Assembly (NCBI GenBank): GCA_963668695.2
Contig: CAXXLQ010000004.1
Span: 1,088,001-1,152,000, forward strand
From: Vicinamibacteria bacterium
GTDB taxonomy: Bacteria; Acidobacteriota; Vicinamibacteria; Marinacidobacterales; Marinacidobacteraceae
Length of the DNA stretch: 64,000 nt
Direction: 5' to 3'
Shown: piece after piece, positions 1 to 9,964 of the stretch
Layout of the letters: every line of letters starts with the position of its first letter
How positions within the stretch are numbered: the stretch's first letter is position 1
Program-made: the position numbers and the translations under genes
Notes under the pieces: model-generated
Seen by the model: only the letters and a program-made list of their open reading frames with translations
The model's database searches: none
Told to the model about the DNA's origin: nothing

Positions 1-186
1 GAAACGGCAAGACACCAGTCGGGAAACCGAGGGCGGCCGGATGCGCGGAACTAGCAACTAGTCCGCCACGGACGGCGGGAAGGCTATCACCGGACACCGG
101 GCTTGCCAAGAACTCCGGGTCTCCTGATCCCGCTGTCGCCAGGCTCGCCGCGGCAATGCCGCCGACAGGCCCTGGCGGGTGCTTAA

Positions 187-419
187 CAGCCGGTGGTGAA
201 ACTCCCGCGGCCCAGTTCTCCCGGTGGGGGCTCGAGCGGCGATCCATCCCGCCTGAACCGCCCCCCCACCGGGAGAACTGGCGCTTTGCGGCGCTCGGCG
301 TTGCGCTTCGGTCGAAATACACTCGGGCCAGTTCTCCCGGTGGGGGCTCCTCCCTCGCGCGCCTTGTCAGCCGGGCGCCTCCACGCTCTCGGCGCTCACC
401 CGGGTTCCGCCACAGGCTG
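187..419. mobile_element. MITE-like element (family A) with three 18-bp unit insertions
   Basis: Imperfect terminal inverted repeats CAGCCGGTGGTGAAAC / GTTCCGCCACAGGCTG flanked by TTAA and CTAG. The interior is shared with other copies. The right flank CTAG contains the bactofilin stop codon. Confidence 0.8.
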
Positions 420-851
420 CTAGCTGTTTGAGGCGCCGGCCGGCCGCGAACCCCTGGCGTTGCCCGTCCCTTGAGGTCGTGCGCGCTTGAAATCGCGGTG
501 TACCTGGAAGTGCGCGCCATCCGCATCGCTTTGTGCTTCGAGCGTCAGGGTGGCGGCCTGGACGGCGACACCGGCGATGGACCCGCCGGAATGCACGATC
601 ACATCCTGCGCTTCGATCTCCCCGGCGACCCGACCTCCGCTTTCGACTACCACCCGGAGAGCAAAGATCCTCCCGTCGAAGTTTCCCGAATTGCCTACCG
701 AAACTTCGTCCTCCGAGTGGATTTCGCCGACAAATTCGCCGTTCACGTTAAACGGCCCCGGCGCATTGAGTCGGCCCGACAGGCGCGATCCGGATCCGAC
801 GTATCCGCCATGGGCGTCCCGGGATGGGTCTCTTGCCATCGTTCTATTCAC
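420..851 (-). CDS. Bactofilin / polymer-forming cytoskeletal protein
   Basis: Beta-helical repeats (YVGSGSRLSGRL, FNVNGEFVGEI, VVVESGGRVAGEIEAQDVIV). The GTG start overlaps the parB stop. Confidence 0.85.
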   Translation of the reverse strand: MNRTMARDPSRDAHGGYVGSGSRLSGRLNAPGPFNVNGEFVGEIHSEDEVSVGNSGNFDGRIFALRVVVESGGRVAGEIEAQDVIVHSGGSIAGVAVQAATLTLEAQSDADGAHFQVHRDFKRARPQGTGNARGSRPAGASNS

Positions 852-1702
852 TCACTTCCGGTTTCACCGGTCAATAAAACAAAAATGCGGTGGAGGTCAT
901 CCTCTGAGAGAAATTGTATCTGCACGGCGCCACCCTTGCCACGCCGTCGGATTTGCACCGGGAAGCCAACGGATCTCTGCATCCGTTCCTGAGCGTCCCG
1001 GGTGTTGGGATCCACTGCGGCGGGCTTGGACCGGTGAACCCCGCCGAACCCCTCGTCCCGAGCCCGCTTGACCCGTCGCTCAACCTCCCGCACCGAGAGG
1101 TCGCCCTGGACGATCTCTTTGGCCAGTTGAGCCTGGCTCGCGCTTTCGAGCGGAATCAGCGCCCGTCCCGCCGCGGCCCGTAGTTCCCCCGTTTCCACCA
1201 TACGACGGACCTGGGGTGTCAGCTCCAACAGGCGAAGCGTGTTGGTGACTGCCGTCCGGCTTCGTCCCACCTCCGAGGCGATGGCATCGTGGGTCATGCC
1301 TCCCAAATCGGCGAGCCGACGAAAGGCCAGCGCTTCCTCTATCGGGTTGAGATCTTCCCGTTGCAGATTTTCGACCAACGCCAGCAGCCCAACATCTTCA
1401 TTGGACGCTTCACGAACCACGACCGGGACGCGCTCGAGTCCTGCCAATCGGGCTGCCCGCCAGCGGCGCTCGCCGGCAATGACCTGAAACTTACCGGCAT
1501 GTGCCCGGACAACAATGGGTTCGATGACACCCCTGGCGGCGATCGAGGCGGCGAGTCCTTCGAGATCCTCGGCGGCGATCTGAGAGCGGGGCTGCTCGGG
1601 GTTGGGCACCAGTTCCTCGACCCGCAGAGACCGGAAGACCTCCGTCGGAGCAGCCGACGGCAACAAGGCGTCGAGACCGCGCCCTAGCCCTCGTCGCTTC
1701 AT
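848..1702 (-). CDS. parB: Chromosome partitioning protein ParB
   Basis: N-terminal GLGRGLDALL, PNPEQPR, IAGERRWRAA CTP-binding motif, ENLQREDLNPIEEA, and HTH. Confidence 0.97.
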   Translation of the reverse strand: MKRRGLGRGLDALLPSAAPTEVFRSLRVEELVPNPEQPRSQIAAEDLEGLAASIAARGVIEPIVVRAHAGKFQVIAGERRWRAARLAGLERVPVVVREASNEDVGLLALVENLQREDLNPIEEALAFRRLADLGGMTHDAIASEVGRSRTAVTNTLRLLELTPQVRRMVETGELRAAAGRALIPLESASQAQLAKEIVQGDLSVREVERRVKRARDEGFGGVHRSKPAAVDPNTRDAQERMQRSVGFPVQIRRRGKGGAVQIQFLSEDDLHRIFVLLTGETGSE

Positions 1703-2475
1703 CGGGACAGAACCTCCTGCGCCAGTTCGGCGTACGCGACGGCGGCGCTGGACCTCGGATCGAAGACCTGCACTGGAAGTCCATACGAGGGCGCTTCCGC
1801 GGCCCGAACGGAGCGCGGGATGATTGAGCGCAATACCCGCCCGCCGAGCTTGCTCCGCACCTCGGCGATCACTTCCCGCGAGAGATTCGTGCGCCGGTCA
1901 GCCATGGTGAACAGTACCCCCAACAGATCGAGGCCGGGGTTCCATGCCCCCCCGATCCGCGCCACGGTTTCGAGAAGCCGGGACAACCCCTGCATGGCGA
2001 AGAACTCGCATTGGATGGGTACCAGGACCGCCTGGGCGGCCACCAGGGCATTGACGGTCAGCAATCCGAGGGACGGTGGACAGTCCAGCAGAACGAATTC
2101 GATGGCCGGGTCGTGTCGGGCGAAACCCGAGAGGCTCCGACGGAGCCGCAAAGCCCGTCGCTGAGGATCTGGTTCGTCGGCAGCGATCTGCAGGTCCGCG
2201 GCAGCCAGCGAGGGATCTGAGGGGCACGCGATCAGGTTTGGAATGTCGGTTTCCAGAACGGCGCGGACGAAGGGCTCCTTGTCGACAAGAACGTCGTAGA
2301 TGCTGTATCCGTCCTCATCGATCTGAATCCCGAGGCTGGTGGTGAGATTGCTCTGAGGATCGAGATCCACAACCATGCACCGGTGCCCCTCCATCGCGAG
2401 AGCGGCACCCAGATTCACCGTTGTGGTGGTCTTGCCAACGCCTCCCTTCTGGTTGACGACCGCCAGAATCCTCAT
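1699..2475 (-). CDS. parA: Chromosome partitioning ATPase ParA/Soj
   Basis: NQKGGVGKTTT deviant Walker A, DLDPQSN, DCPPSLGLLTVNAL, EAPSYG. Confidence 0.97.
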   Translation of the reverse strand: MRILAVVNQKGGVGKTTTTVNLGAALAMEGHRCMVVDLDPQSNLTTSLGIQIDEDGYSIYDVLVDKEPFVRAVLETDIPNLIACPSDPSLAAADLQIAADEPDPQRRALRLRRSLSGFARHDPAIEFVLLDCPPSLGLLTVNALVAAQAVLVPIQCEFFAMQGLSRLLETVARIGGAWNPGLDLLGVLFTMADRRTNLSREVIAEVRSKLGGRVLRSIIPRSVRAAEAPSYGLPVQVFDPRSSAAVAYAELAQEVLSR

Positions 2476-2520
2476 CTGGAGAATCCCGAGAGTACCACGG
2501 CGATCCGTCCCGGCGCGGTG

Positions 2521-2536
2521 TGTTTCACGTGAAACA
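2521..2536. promoter_or_regulatory. parS: parS site (perfect consensus palindrome TGTTTCACGTGAAACA)
   Basis: Exact match to the widely conserved parS palindrome, 45 bp upstream of parA. Confidence 0.95.
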
Positions 2537-2548
2537 CCGCAGGGTTAG

Positions 2549-2799
2549 CAGCCTGTGGTGAAACCCGGGTGAGCGCCGAGCCCGGGGAGGCCCAGTTCTC
2601 CCGGTGAGGCCAGTCCTCCCGGTGGGCGCCCGGCTGACAAGGCGCGTGAGGGAGGAGCCCCCACCGGGAGAACTGGCCCGGGTGTGTTTCGACCGAAACG
2701 CAACGCAGAACGGAGCGAAGCGGAGTGGTTCAGCCGGGATGGATCGCCGGGCGAGCCCCCACCGCGAGAACTGGGCCGCCTGGGTTTCACCACAGCCTG
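2549..2799. mobile_element. MITE-like element (family A)
   Basis: TIR CAGCCTGTGGTGAAACCC / GGGTTTCACCACAGCCTG with TTAG on both sides (apparent 4-bp target duplication). Carries four 18-bp units. Confidence 0.85.
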
Positions 2800-2816
2800 T
2801 TAGGACAGCGCTCTAG

Positions 2817-3132
2817 CAGCCTGCGGTGGAACCCGCGTGAGCGCCGAGCCCGGGGAGGCCCAGTTCTCCCGGTGGGGCCAGTCCTCCCGGTGGGCGCCCG
2901 GCTGACAAGGCGCGTAAGGGAGGAGCCCCCACCGGGAGAACTGGCCCGCGTGTATTTCGACCGAAACGCAACGATGAGCGACGCGCAGCGACGCGGTTCA
3001 GCCGGGATGGAGCCGAGCCCCCACCGGGAGAACTGGGCCGCGTGAGTTTCATTACCGGTTGTTTGGCCGGGATGGATCGCCGGCCGAGCCCCCACCGGGA
3101 GAACTGGGCCGCGTGGGCTTCATCACCGGCTG
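2817..3132. mobile_element. MITE-like element (family A) plus partial duplicated end
   Basis: Starts after CTAG with CAGCCTGCGGTGGAACCC and has the family interior. A partial second copy lies at about 3065-3132, and its end supplies the rsmG stop. Confidence 0.75.
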
Positions 3133-3779
3133 CTTGGGTGTGGTCGTCCCGTCCAGACAATGCCCCGTTCCGCCGGAATGAAGTCTTCTTCGAAGAGACC
3201 CCTGGCGAGCGCCGCTCGTTCCCGAGCCGGACGGGTTGTCGGCCAGATCACCGGTGCTCCGGGAGGCATGCTGCCCGCAAGCAACCTCCACTCCGCAGTC
3301 TGAAGTTTGACCGCGCGCATCGTTACCGCGGACATGCGAGCCAACTCGGTGCGCCCCGTCTGAGACTTCAAGAAATCCTTGAGTCGTTGCCTGATTACTC
3401 GAACGCGGGGGGTGAGACCAAGGGTCTCCGTGGCCATTTCCAAAAACCCGGCGGGGCCACGCCGCGGTTCCAGAAGAATCCATTCTCCGGAATCGCACGC
3501 CAGAGCCAGGGGCAGCGCAGGTGTCCCGCCGCCACTCCCGATGTCAAGGTAGGGACCCCGTTCGGGCAGAACGGCCCGCAGCAGAAGCGCCTCTCGAAAG
3601 TAGTAGCGCGCCAGATCCTCGGGCGAGCGAAACCCCACGATGCCCGCCCCCCTCCAGGCGCGCACCATTTCAAACAGTTGCGCGAGTTGTTCAAACACCG
3701 GAACGGAAAGCGGCGGCTGGATGTCCGAAAGCGTGTCGCGCAGCGGGCCGGAGGACGGACCCGCCGCTCCTTCGGTCAC
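3123..3779 (-). CDS. rsmG: 16S rRNA m7G527 methyltransferase RsmG (GidB)
   Basis: LDIGSGGGTPALPLA SAM-binding motif and VTMRAV, in the canonical position upstream of parA. The GTG start at 3779 overlaps the yidC stop. Confidence 0.88.
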   Translation of the reverse strand: MTEGAAGPSSGPLRDTLSDIQPPLSVPVFEQLAQLFEMVRAWRGAGIVGFRSPEDLARYYFREALLLRAVLPERGPYLDIGSGGGTPALPLALACDSGEWILLEPRRGPAGFLEMATETLGLTPRVRVIRQRLKDFLKSQTGRTELARMSAVTMRAVKLQTAEWRLLAGSMPPGAPVIWPTTRPARERAALARGLFEEDFIPAERGIVWTGRPHPSSR

Positions 3780-5541
3780 TTGCCGGCCGACGGTTTCCGT
3801 TCCGAACCGCTCTTCCTGCGCTTGCCTTTCACCACCACCTGTCCGGCTTTCGCCTCCGCCGCCCGGCGGTCCATGATGCGTATGGTCACCGCCTGCTGCC
3901 CCATGGAGATCAGGTTGTTTGCAAACCAGTACAGCACCAACCCCGAAGGCGCCCACGCCAGGATCAGGGTGAACACCACCGGCATGAACATCATGATCTT
4001 CGCCTGTACGCCCTCCGCCTGAGTCACGGTCATGCGCTGCATGATCAACTGACTCACGCCCATCAGGATCGGCAGGATGAAGTACGGATCCTCACGGGAC
4101 AGGTCCTGCACCCAAAAGACAAAGGGGGCGTGCCGGAGTTCCACCGACACCACCAGCAACCGGTAGAAGGCAAAGAAGAAGGGAATCATCAACACCATGG
4201 GAAGACAGCCGCCGATGGGCGAGACGTTGTGCTCCCGGTAGAGCGCCACCATCTCCTGATTCATCTCGCTCTTTTGGGGTCGGTCGGTTTTAGACCCCGA
4301 TACCGGTCCTGAATCCGCTTTACCTGCGGACTGATCTTCTGCATCCGCCGGATGGAGACGTAGCTGTAGTGCTTCAGCGGGGCCAGCAGAAGGCTGATCA
4401 ACATTGTCACCAGCACGATGGCCCATCCGTAGTTCCCGAGCAGGTCGTAGGCCCAGAGCAGCGCCTGCCGGATCGGAACCACCAGGAAACGCAGCCAGGC
4501 CCCGAATTCCACGATGTCCACCCCTAGGTCGGCCAGCAACTCCACCTGTTTCGGACCCACGAAGAGCGCGAACTCGCTCACATTCGTGGATCGAAGACGG
4601 GCGACCAGCAGGTTGCGCGACCCACTCGCGTCCTCGGGAGGGACTTCGAAGCTCTCCCACGGAATCGTGAGCGCCTCCAGCCTCCCCTCGTAGCGCTGGC
4701 CAGGCTCGGCAACGAGCAGTCCCGCGAAGTAGTGGGACGAAACTCCAACCGCCTGGGCCGAAAGGCTCGCCGCTTCTCCCTCCGCTACCTCGGAGAAAGA
4801 GAAGAGTCGGCTCTCGCCTCCTGCTTCGATGACTCCCTGCTCCGCTCCGAGATACCTGCCCCTCGAGCTTTCGTTCTCGATCCCGGGACCGAACAGCACC
4901 TCCTTGAGCTGCTCCGCACCGCCCCGTTTCGCCGAAACCATCACCTCCATGCGATAGTCGTCCCCTCGGACCCGAACCGTCTTCGACACCTCGAGGCCGT
5001 CGCTGGAGGCCCACCGAAACTCGATTTCACGCGATGCCCCGTCCCTCAAATCGAGACGGATGGGCCCTGATCGGACCTGCCCATCAATGGCAACTTCGTA
5101 AAGCGCCGTCGTCAGGCGGGACGGGGACGGATCTCCCGGGAGGATCACGTCGAGTGGCCGGACCGAGTTCACCAGATCATCGCCTTGCGGCACCGTCTCC
5201 AGAGGAGCTCCCAGAGAATCCGTGTGCTCGAAGAGCCGCAGCCCCTGGAGCCGGGCACCCCGGTTCGTGAACTCAGCCACGTAACGGCGTGTTGCCACGG
5301 TGATCGTCTGTTCCCGCTCCGCCTCCCGTGATTCGACAAAAACCTGGGGCGGCGCAGCTTCCGCCACCCTGTCATTCGGGTCAGGCGCCGGAAGCGGTGC
5401 GACCGCCGCGGTGGTCGGTGCGGTGGTCCGCGCTTCCTGCACCGGAGCGACCGGGGGCGCACTCTCGGGTCCGAAGAAACGGACGAAGAGCAGGAAGACG
5501 AAAAACGACAGCAAGAACGCGAGAAGAACGCGCCGTTCCAT
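3776..5541 (-). CDS. yidC: Membrane protein insertase YidC (frameshifted near 4272-4275, probably a sequencing error)
   Basis: The N-terminal ORF (MERRVLLAF, AEFTNRGA, GNYGWAIV) and C-terminal frame (MNQEMVALYREHNVSPIGGCLP, DPYFILP, PSGLVLYW) join if one A is added to an A4 run (PKKSEMNQE). Confidence 0.93.
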
Positions 5542-5547
5542 ACCTAG

Positions 5548-6217
5548 CAGTCCTTGGATGAAGTAGCGTGGACGCCGTGAGCGCGGCGACCCGGCCCCGG
5601 CGTATTTCGGCCGACGTGCCCGGATGCGCGCCGCGACGGGCCAATGTTCCCGGTGGCTGGGCGGCCAGTCCTGCCGGTGGGGGCCAGTCGGGATGACAGC
5701 CGGGATGAATCGCTGCTCACGCCCCCACCGGGAGAACCGGGCCGCGTGACTCTAGTCACAGGCTGCCAACTCACAGGCTGCCAACAGCCTGTGGTGGAAC
5801 CCGGGTGAGCGCCGAGCCCGGTGAGGCCCAGTTCTCCCGGTGGGGCCAGTTCTCCCGGTGGGGGCCCGGCTGACAAGCCGCGTGAGGGAGGGGCCCCCAC
5901 CGGGAGAACTGGCCCGGGTGTATTTCGACCGAAACGCAAGGCAGAACGGAGCGAAGCGGAGTGGTGAACAGCCGGTGGTGGAACCCGCGTGAGCGCCGAG
6001 GCCGGTGAGGCGCTTGGCTGACAAGGCGCGTGAGGGAGGAATACCGGGTGTATTCCGACCGAAACGCAACGATGAGCGGCGCGAAGCGACGCGGTCAGCC
6101 GGGATGGATCGCCGGCCGAACGCCGCGCGGGTTTCATCACAGGCTGTTTGGCCGGGATGCATCGCCGGGCGAGCCCCCACCGGGAGAACTGGGCCGCTTG
6201 GGTTTCGCCACCGGCTG
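5548..6217. mobile_element. Cluster of family-A MITE-like elements (about 5548-5765, 5785-5967 truncated, 5969-6146, partial 6147-6217)
   Basis: Repeated CAGCC(T/G)GTGGTGGAACCC ends and shared interior. The 5969-6146 copy lacks the 18-bp unit. Confidence 0.78.
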
Positions 6218-6490
6218 TTCACTCCCCTCCCGCTCGGGTACGGGTACGGCGTCGTACCCGGACCCACCGAACGGGTGGCAACGCAACAGCCGCCGTGCGG
6301 TTAGCACGACCCCCCGGCCAGGGCCATGAGTCCGAATCGCCTCTTCGGCATACCGGGAGCACGACGGCTGAAACCGGCAAACCCCCGCGAAAAGCGGACT
6401 GAGCGCAACGCGATACAGGCCGATGAGGCTCACGAGGGGGCCCGTGAGACCCCGCCCGACGAGTTCTCCGAGGCGCTTCGATTGGCTCAC
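6137..6490 (-). CDS. yidD: Membrane protein insertion efficiency factor YidD
   Basis: [27 protein letters not shown]...[17 protein letters not shown]. The C-terminus runs into repeat sequence. Confidence 0.93.
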   Translation of the reverse strand: MSQSKRLGELVGRGLTGPLVSLIGLYRVALSPLFAGVCRFQPSCSRYAEEAIRTHGPGRGVVLTARRLLRCHPFGGSGYDAVPVPEREGSEQPVAKPKRPSSPGGGSPGDASRPNSL

Positions 6491-6515
6491 CGTGGCACTC
6501 CCGTGGGGCCGCCGA

Positions 6516-6989
6516 CTACGTCCGAACCCGGGGCTGCGACCGTACGGGGCCCTGGGCGCGCGTCGCCTCTCCGGAGGATCTGCGGCGGGGGCGCGTCCGT
6601 CCCAATGCCATCCTGGTGGCGTTTCGGTACGCCCGGACCACCTTGTTCCAAGACGCCCCCTGGATACCCCGACGCGCGATCAGAACAAGATCCCCGGCAG
6701 GGCGGTCCGCCGTCCGGCGGTAAACCTCCCGCAGCAGACGCTTCGCCCGGGAGCGCTGGACGGCGCCTCCTACCTTCCGGCTGGCGACGACCCCCAGCCG
6801 CGATGGGATTCCGCCGGTGCCACCGGCCAGCCAAATGGCCACCAAGTACGGGGAAACACCGCGCGAACCCGAGGACATGATGGTCTGAAACTCCGAAGAT
6901 CGCCCAATCCGCTCGGCGCTCCTGAGAGATTCGTCCCGCTTCCCTGCCGGAAGAGGCAGCCGACGACCGTCCCCCCTTTCCTCACCCAC
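6516..6989 (-). CDS. rnpA: Ribonuclease P protein component
   Basis: [10 protein letters not shown] and [28 protein letters not shown] (RNR motif), located between rpmH and yidD. The start position is approximate. Confidence 0.92.
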   Translation of the reverse strand: MGEERGDGRRLPLPAGKRDESLRSAERIGRSSEFQTIMSSGSRGVSPYLVAIWLAGGTGGIPSRLGVVASRKVGGAVQRSRAKRLLREVYRRTADRPAGDLVLIARRGIQGASWNKVVRAYRNATRMALGRTRPRRRSSGEATRAQGPVRSQPRVRT

Positions 6990-7078
6990 GACGGAATCCT
7001 TCAGCAGTCGGAGACTACTCGCTCGCACCAAGCGGGAAGCACCGTTCGCGGCGCAGCGGACGGGTCGCCGGTCGTGAG

Positions 7079-7293
7079 CAGCCTGTAGACAAAGTGGCGC
7101 GGCCCAGTTCTCCCGGTGGCGGCTCGGCTGGCCATCCATCCCGGCTGAACCGCGACACTACGCGCCGCTCATCGTTGCGCTTCGCTCGAAATACACTCGG
7201 GCCAGTTCTCCCGATGGGGGCTCCTCCCTCGCGCGCCTCGTCAGCCGGGTGCCTCGCCAGCCTCGGCGCTCACGGCACTTCATCTACAGACTG
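7079..7293. mobile_element. MITE-like element (family A) between rpmH and rnpA
   Basis: TIR variant CAGCCTGTAGACAAAG / CTTCATCTACAGACTG with two 18-bp units. The right flank CTAG contains the rpmH stop. Confidence 0.78.
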
Positions 7294-7428
7294 CTAGGCC
7301 GACAGCCTTCGGCGGCCCCGACGACGACGCCGGGCCAGGACCGCGCGACCTCCCGGAGTGCTCATCCGTGCCCGGAAACCGTGCTTCCGCTTCCTGCGCC
7401 GCTTATTAGGCTGAAACGTCCGTTTCAC
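7294..7428 (-). CDS. rpmH: 50S ribosomal protein L34 (not in ORF track)
   Basis: Manual translation from GTG 7428 gives [44 protein letters not shown]. Confidence 0.97.
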   Translation of the reverse strand: MKRTFQPNKRRRKRKHGFRARMSTPGGRAVLARRRRRGRRRLSA

Positions 7429-7513
7429 GGAAATACCTTCCCCAAGTCATTGAATATACAAGAAAAGCCGGCTAGCACCGCTGCTGCCGCAGCACCACCC
7501 CACCGAGCGCGAC

Positions 7514-7543
7514 AGTATACCGGCAAAGCACGTTTCACGTAAA
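7514..7543 (-). promoter_or_regulatory. Putative sigma70 promoter for the rpmH operon
   Basis: Minus strand TTTACG-N18-TATACT. It overlaps a degenerate parS-like half site CGTTTCACGT (7531-7540). Confidence 0.5.
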
Positions 7544-7744
7544 GTGCATTCTGTTTCTTTTTCGCCCACGCCTACCGTCCATGGTGCCCTAAGCGTTTCT
7601 CGCCGGGCGAGGACTCCCGTTCTGTAACTGTGTCCGAAACGCCGGCACAACACTGACGGTGGGCTGGCAGGGCTGCGAAAACGTCACGCGGAATCCCGCC
7701 GCGCTGCATATCTCACGGGGAATCCTTGGCGTTCTCGAACCCTG

Positions 7745-7775
7745 TTGACGCGCCCCGAAAGGGCGTTGCTAGAGT
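7745..7775 (+). promoter_or_regulatory. Putative dnaA promoter
   Basis: TTGACG-N19-TAGAGT with an extended -10 TG, just upstream of dnaA. Confidence 0.4.
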
Positions 7776-7796
7776 CCGTCGCAGTCACCGAGAGCC

Positions 7797-9284
7797 GTGC
7801 CGCTACCCACCCGGCACTCGGTTCCTTTTCTTTTCTCGTCTCAGCCACGGCTGCGTCAGACAGCCAGAATTTTAGACATTTCCTTGGACAAGACACGGCT
7901 CGCAACGGCCACTCCTGACATTCGAAAACCCGACCGGGAGGTGTGGCTCGGGGTGTTGTCCTCAATCAAGACTCGCCTCCCCGCCCGCGAATACAACACC
8001 TGGTTCGGACCCGCGCGCTTCCTCAGCGCAGAAGGCGATGTGGTCCGAATCCAGGTCCCCAATGCCACGTTCGCCAACCATCTCGAGGTCAAGTATCGAG
8101 CCCGGATCCTCCGAGCCTTCGAGGCCGCGGGCAACCCCGTGACAGCAATTCGCTGCCATGTCTCCGAGAAGTCATCAGAGACCTCCGACCTCCCGGAAGT
8201 TCCCCCCCCAGGCACGGGCATCCATGCGGACGAATCCGGGCGGTGGACGACACAGAGCGATCCCTTGTCCGCCGACTACTGCTTTGACTCCTTCGTAGTA
8301 GGCGCGAGCAACCGTTGCGCCTACTCGGCGGCCCTGGCAGTGAGCGATCCGGGGGTCCACAATTCCCCTTACAACCCGCTCCTCATCTACGGCGACGTCG
8401 GGCTCGGGAAAACCCATCTGCTTCAGGCCATTGCCCGACGGCTCCTCGACGAAAACCCGAATATACGAATTCTCTATACGAAGGGAGAAGCGTTCACCCG
8501 CCACGTGGTAAACGCCGTCCGAACGCAGAATCTCTATGGGTTCAGGGACGAGTGCGCCCGGCTCGATGTGTTGTTGGTAGATGACATCCAGTTCATCGCC
8601 GGTCTGGATCGCTTCGGCCGCAGCACGGAAGAGTTCTTCCACACGTTCAATGCACTTTCGGAGCGAGGCCGGCAAATTATCCTGACCGCCAACGCCCACC
8701 CCCAGGACATCCAGAACCTGGATGCCCGGGTCAAGAGCCGCCTGGAGTCTGGACTGACGACCGATGTCGGGCACCCGGACTGGGAGATGCGGGTAGCAAT
8801 CGTCCTCCGGAAGGCAGCGGCCCTCGGCGTCGATCTACCCGATGGGATAGCGCAAACGATCGCGTCCCGCTACAAGAACAATGTCCGGGAACTCGAAGGA
8901 TCCATCAAGCGCCTGATAGCCACCTCCCGCGCCGAAGGTGTCGAGATCTCTGCCCGCCTCCTCGACCGCATCCTTTCGGCACTTCCCTCGAGGCGGGCTA
9001 GTCGTCCTTCCATCCAGCAGGTGCTGCTGGCCGTGGCGACCGCCTTCGGCTTGCCCCCGCTCCGACTTACCGGCCCGCAACGCTCCCAGGAGATCGTCCT
9101 GGCCCGTCACGTCGCGATGTACCTGTGCCGCGAAGTAACCGGACGTACCCTCAAGGAAATCGGCAAGGAACTCCGTCGGGATCATTCGACCGTGACTCAC
9201 GGCATCCGCCGCATTGCCGCACAGCGCGAGAGGGACCTGGGACTGGACCGCGTGCTGGAGCGCCTCTTGCGCCAACTTTCCTGA
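7797..9284 (+). CDS. dnaA: Chromosomal replication initiator DnaA
   Basis: YNPLLIYGDVGLGKTHLL, LLVDDIQF, EEFFHTFN, NVRELEG, RDHSTV. The true start may be downstream. Confidence 0.97.
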   Translation: MPLPTRHSVPFLFSSQPRLRQTARILDISLDKTRLATATPDIRKPDREVWLGVLSSIKTRLPAREYNTWFGPARFLSAEGDVVRIQVPNATFANHLEVKYRARILRAFEAAGNPVTAIRCHVSEKSSETSDLPEVPPPGTGIHADESGRWTTQSDPLSADYCFDSFVVGASNRCAYSAALAVSDPGVHNSPYNPLLIYGDVGLGKTHLLQAIARRLLDENPNIRILYTKGEAFTRHVVNAVRTQNLYGFRDECARLDVLLVDDIQFIAGLDRFGRSTEEFFHTFNALSERGRQIILTANAHPQDIQNLDARVKSRLESGLTTDVGHPDWEMRVAIVLRKAAALGVDLPDGIAQTIASRYKNNVRELEGSIKRLIATSRAEGVEISARLLDRILSALPSRRASRPSIQQVLLAVATAFGLPPLRLTGPQRSQEIVLARHVAMYLCREVTGRTLKEIGKELRRDHSTVTHGIRRIAAQRERDLGLDRVLERLLRQLS

Positions 9285-9336
9285 CCCCCTTCCGGGAAGC
9301 CCCGGAATCTTCGCTGGCACTTCGTTCGCGGGCGGG

Positions 9337-9525
9337 CAGCCGGTGGACAAGTGGCGTGGGTGCCGAGGCCGGTGAGGCCCAGTTCTCCCGGTGGGGCCAG
9401 TTCTCCCGGTGGGGCCAGTTCTCCCGGTGGGGCCAGTTCTCCCGGTGGGGCCCCGACTGCCAAGGCGCGAGAGGGAGGGGCCCCACTGGGAGACCAAGGC
9501 CCGCGTGACCCTTGTGCACCGGCTG
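9337..9525. mobile_element. MITE-like element (family A) with four perfect tandem 18-bp units
   Basis: TIR CAGCCGGTGGACAAG / CTTGTGCACCGGCTG, with (GCCAGTTCTCCCGGTGGG)x4 at about 9378-9449. Confidence 0.8.
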
Positions 9526-9529
9526 CTGG

Positions 9530-9960
9530 GGCCGTCCGGGCAAGCCCAGAACAGCCTGCAACGGGCCAACCGCGAAGGAACCCACGGGATGTCCCCTCGG
9601 GGAAAACGTGGGGAAAACAGCAGGAATTCATGGGGATTCAGATTGGAAACACGGCGCTTTTGTGACGTCCATGGACCACTTCTTTGGTTACCCCCCGGAC
9701 ACCACCGCCGAGCGGGCACTCCGCCAACAACCCTGCAATACCTGAAACTCACGATAATTCAATGGCTTACAGGTTCCATGCCCACTTTCCACAACCCTTA
9801 TTTCTAACTATAATTCCCCTTCTGACAGCTCTCCTTTCTATTGATTCGCCCGATCCGCGCGCCACTCGGATTGTTGTCTCGCGGCGTATCTGACCCCGTA
9901 GTAATCCGCGAGCGATTCTCTGAGTCCTCGCGTCGCCAGTTTCTGATTCAGAAAAGAGCA
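9530..9960. other. oriC: Putative oriC (dnaA-dnaN intergenic)
   Basis: Lower-GC intergenic region with near-consensus DnaA boxes (TGGGGAAAA 9609-9617, CTTTCCACA 9785-9793). These are followed by ACCC and an AT-rich TTATTTCTAACTATAATT tract resembling a DUE/DnaA-trio region. Confidence 0.7.
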
Positions 9961-9964
9961 CTCC

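Noticed and set aside
4261-4290. Programmed frameshift or genuinely split yidC
   Set aside because: No canonical slippery heptamer, and the same 1-nt deletion pattern occurs in other genes, so a sequencing error is more parsimonious.
7421-7546. Additional parS sites (CGTTTCACGGAAATAC, CGTTTCACGTAAAGTG)
   Set aside because: Only half-site matches; explained by the rpmH start codons and promoter.
9378-9449. CRISPR array
   Set aside because: The 18-bp units are directly adjacent with no spacers, other copies are in mixed orientation, and there are no cas genes.
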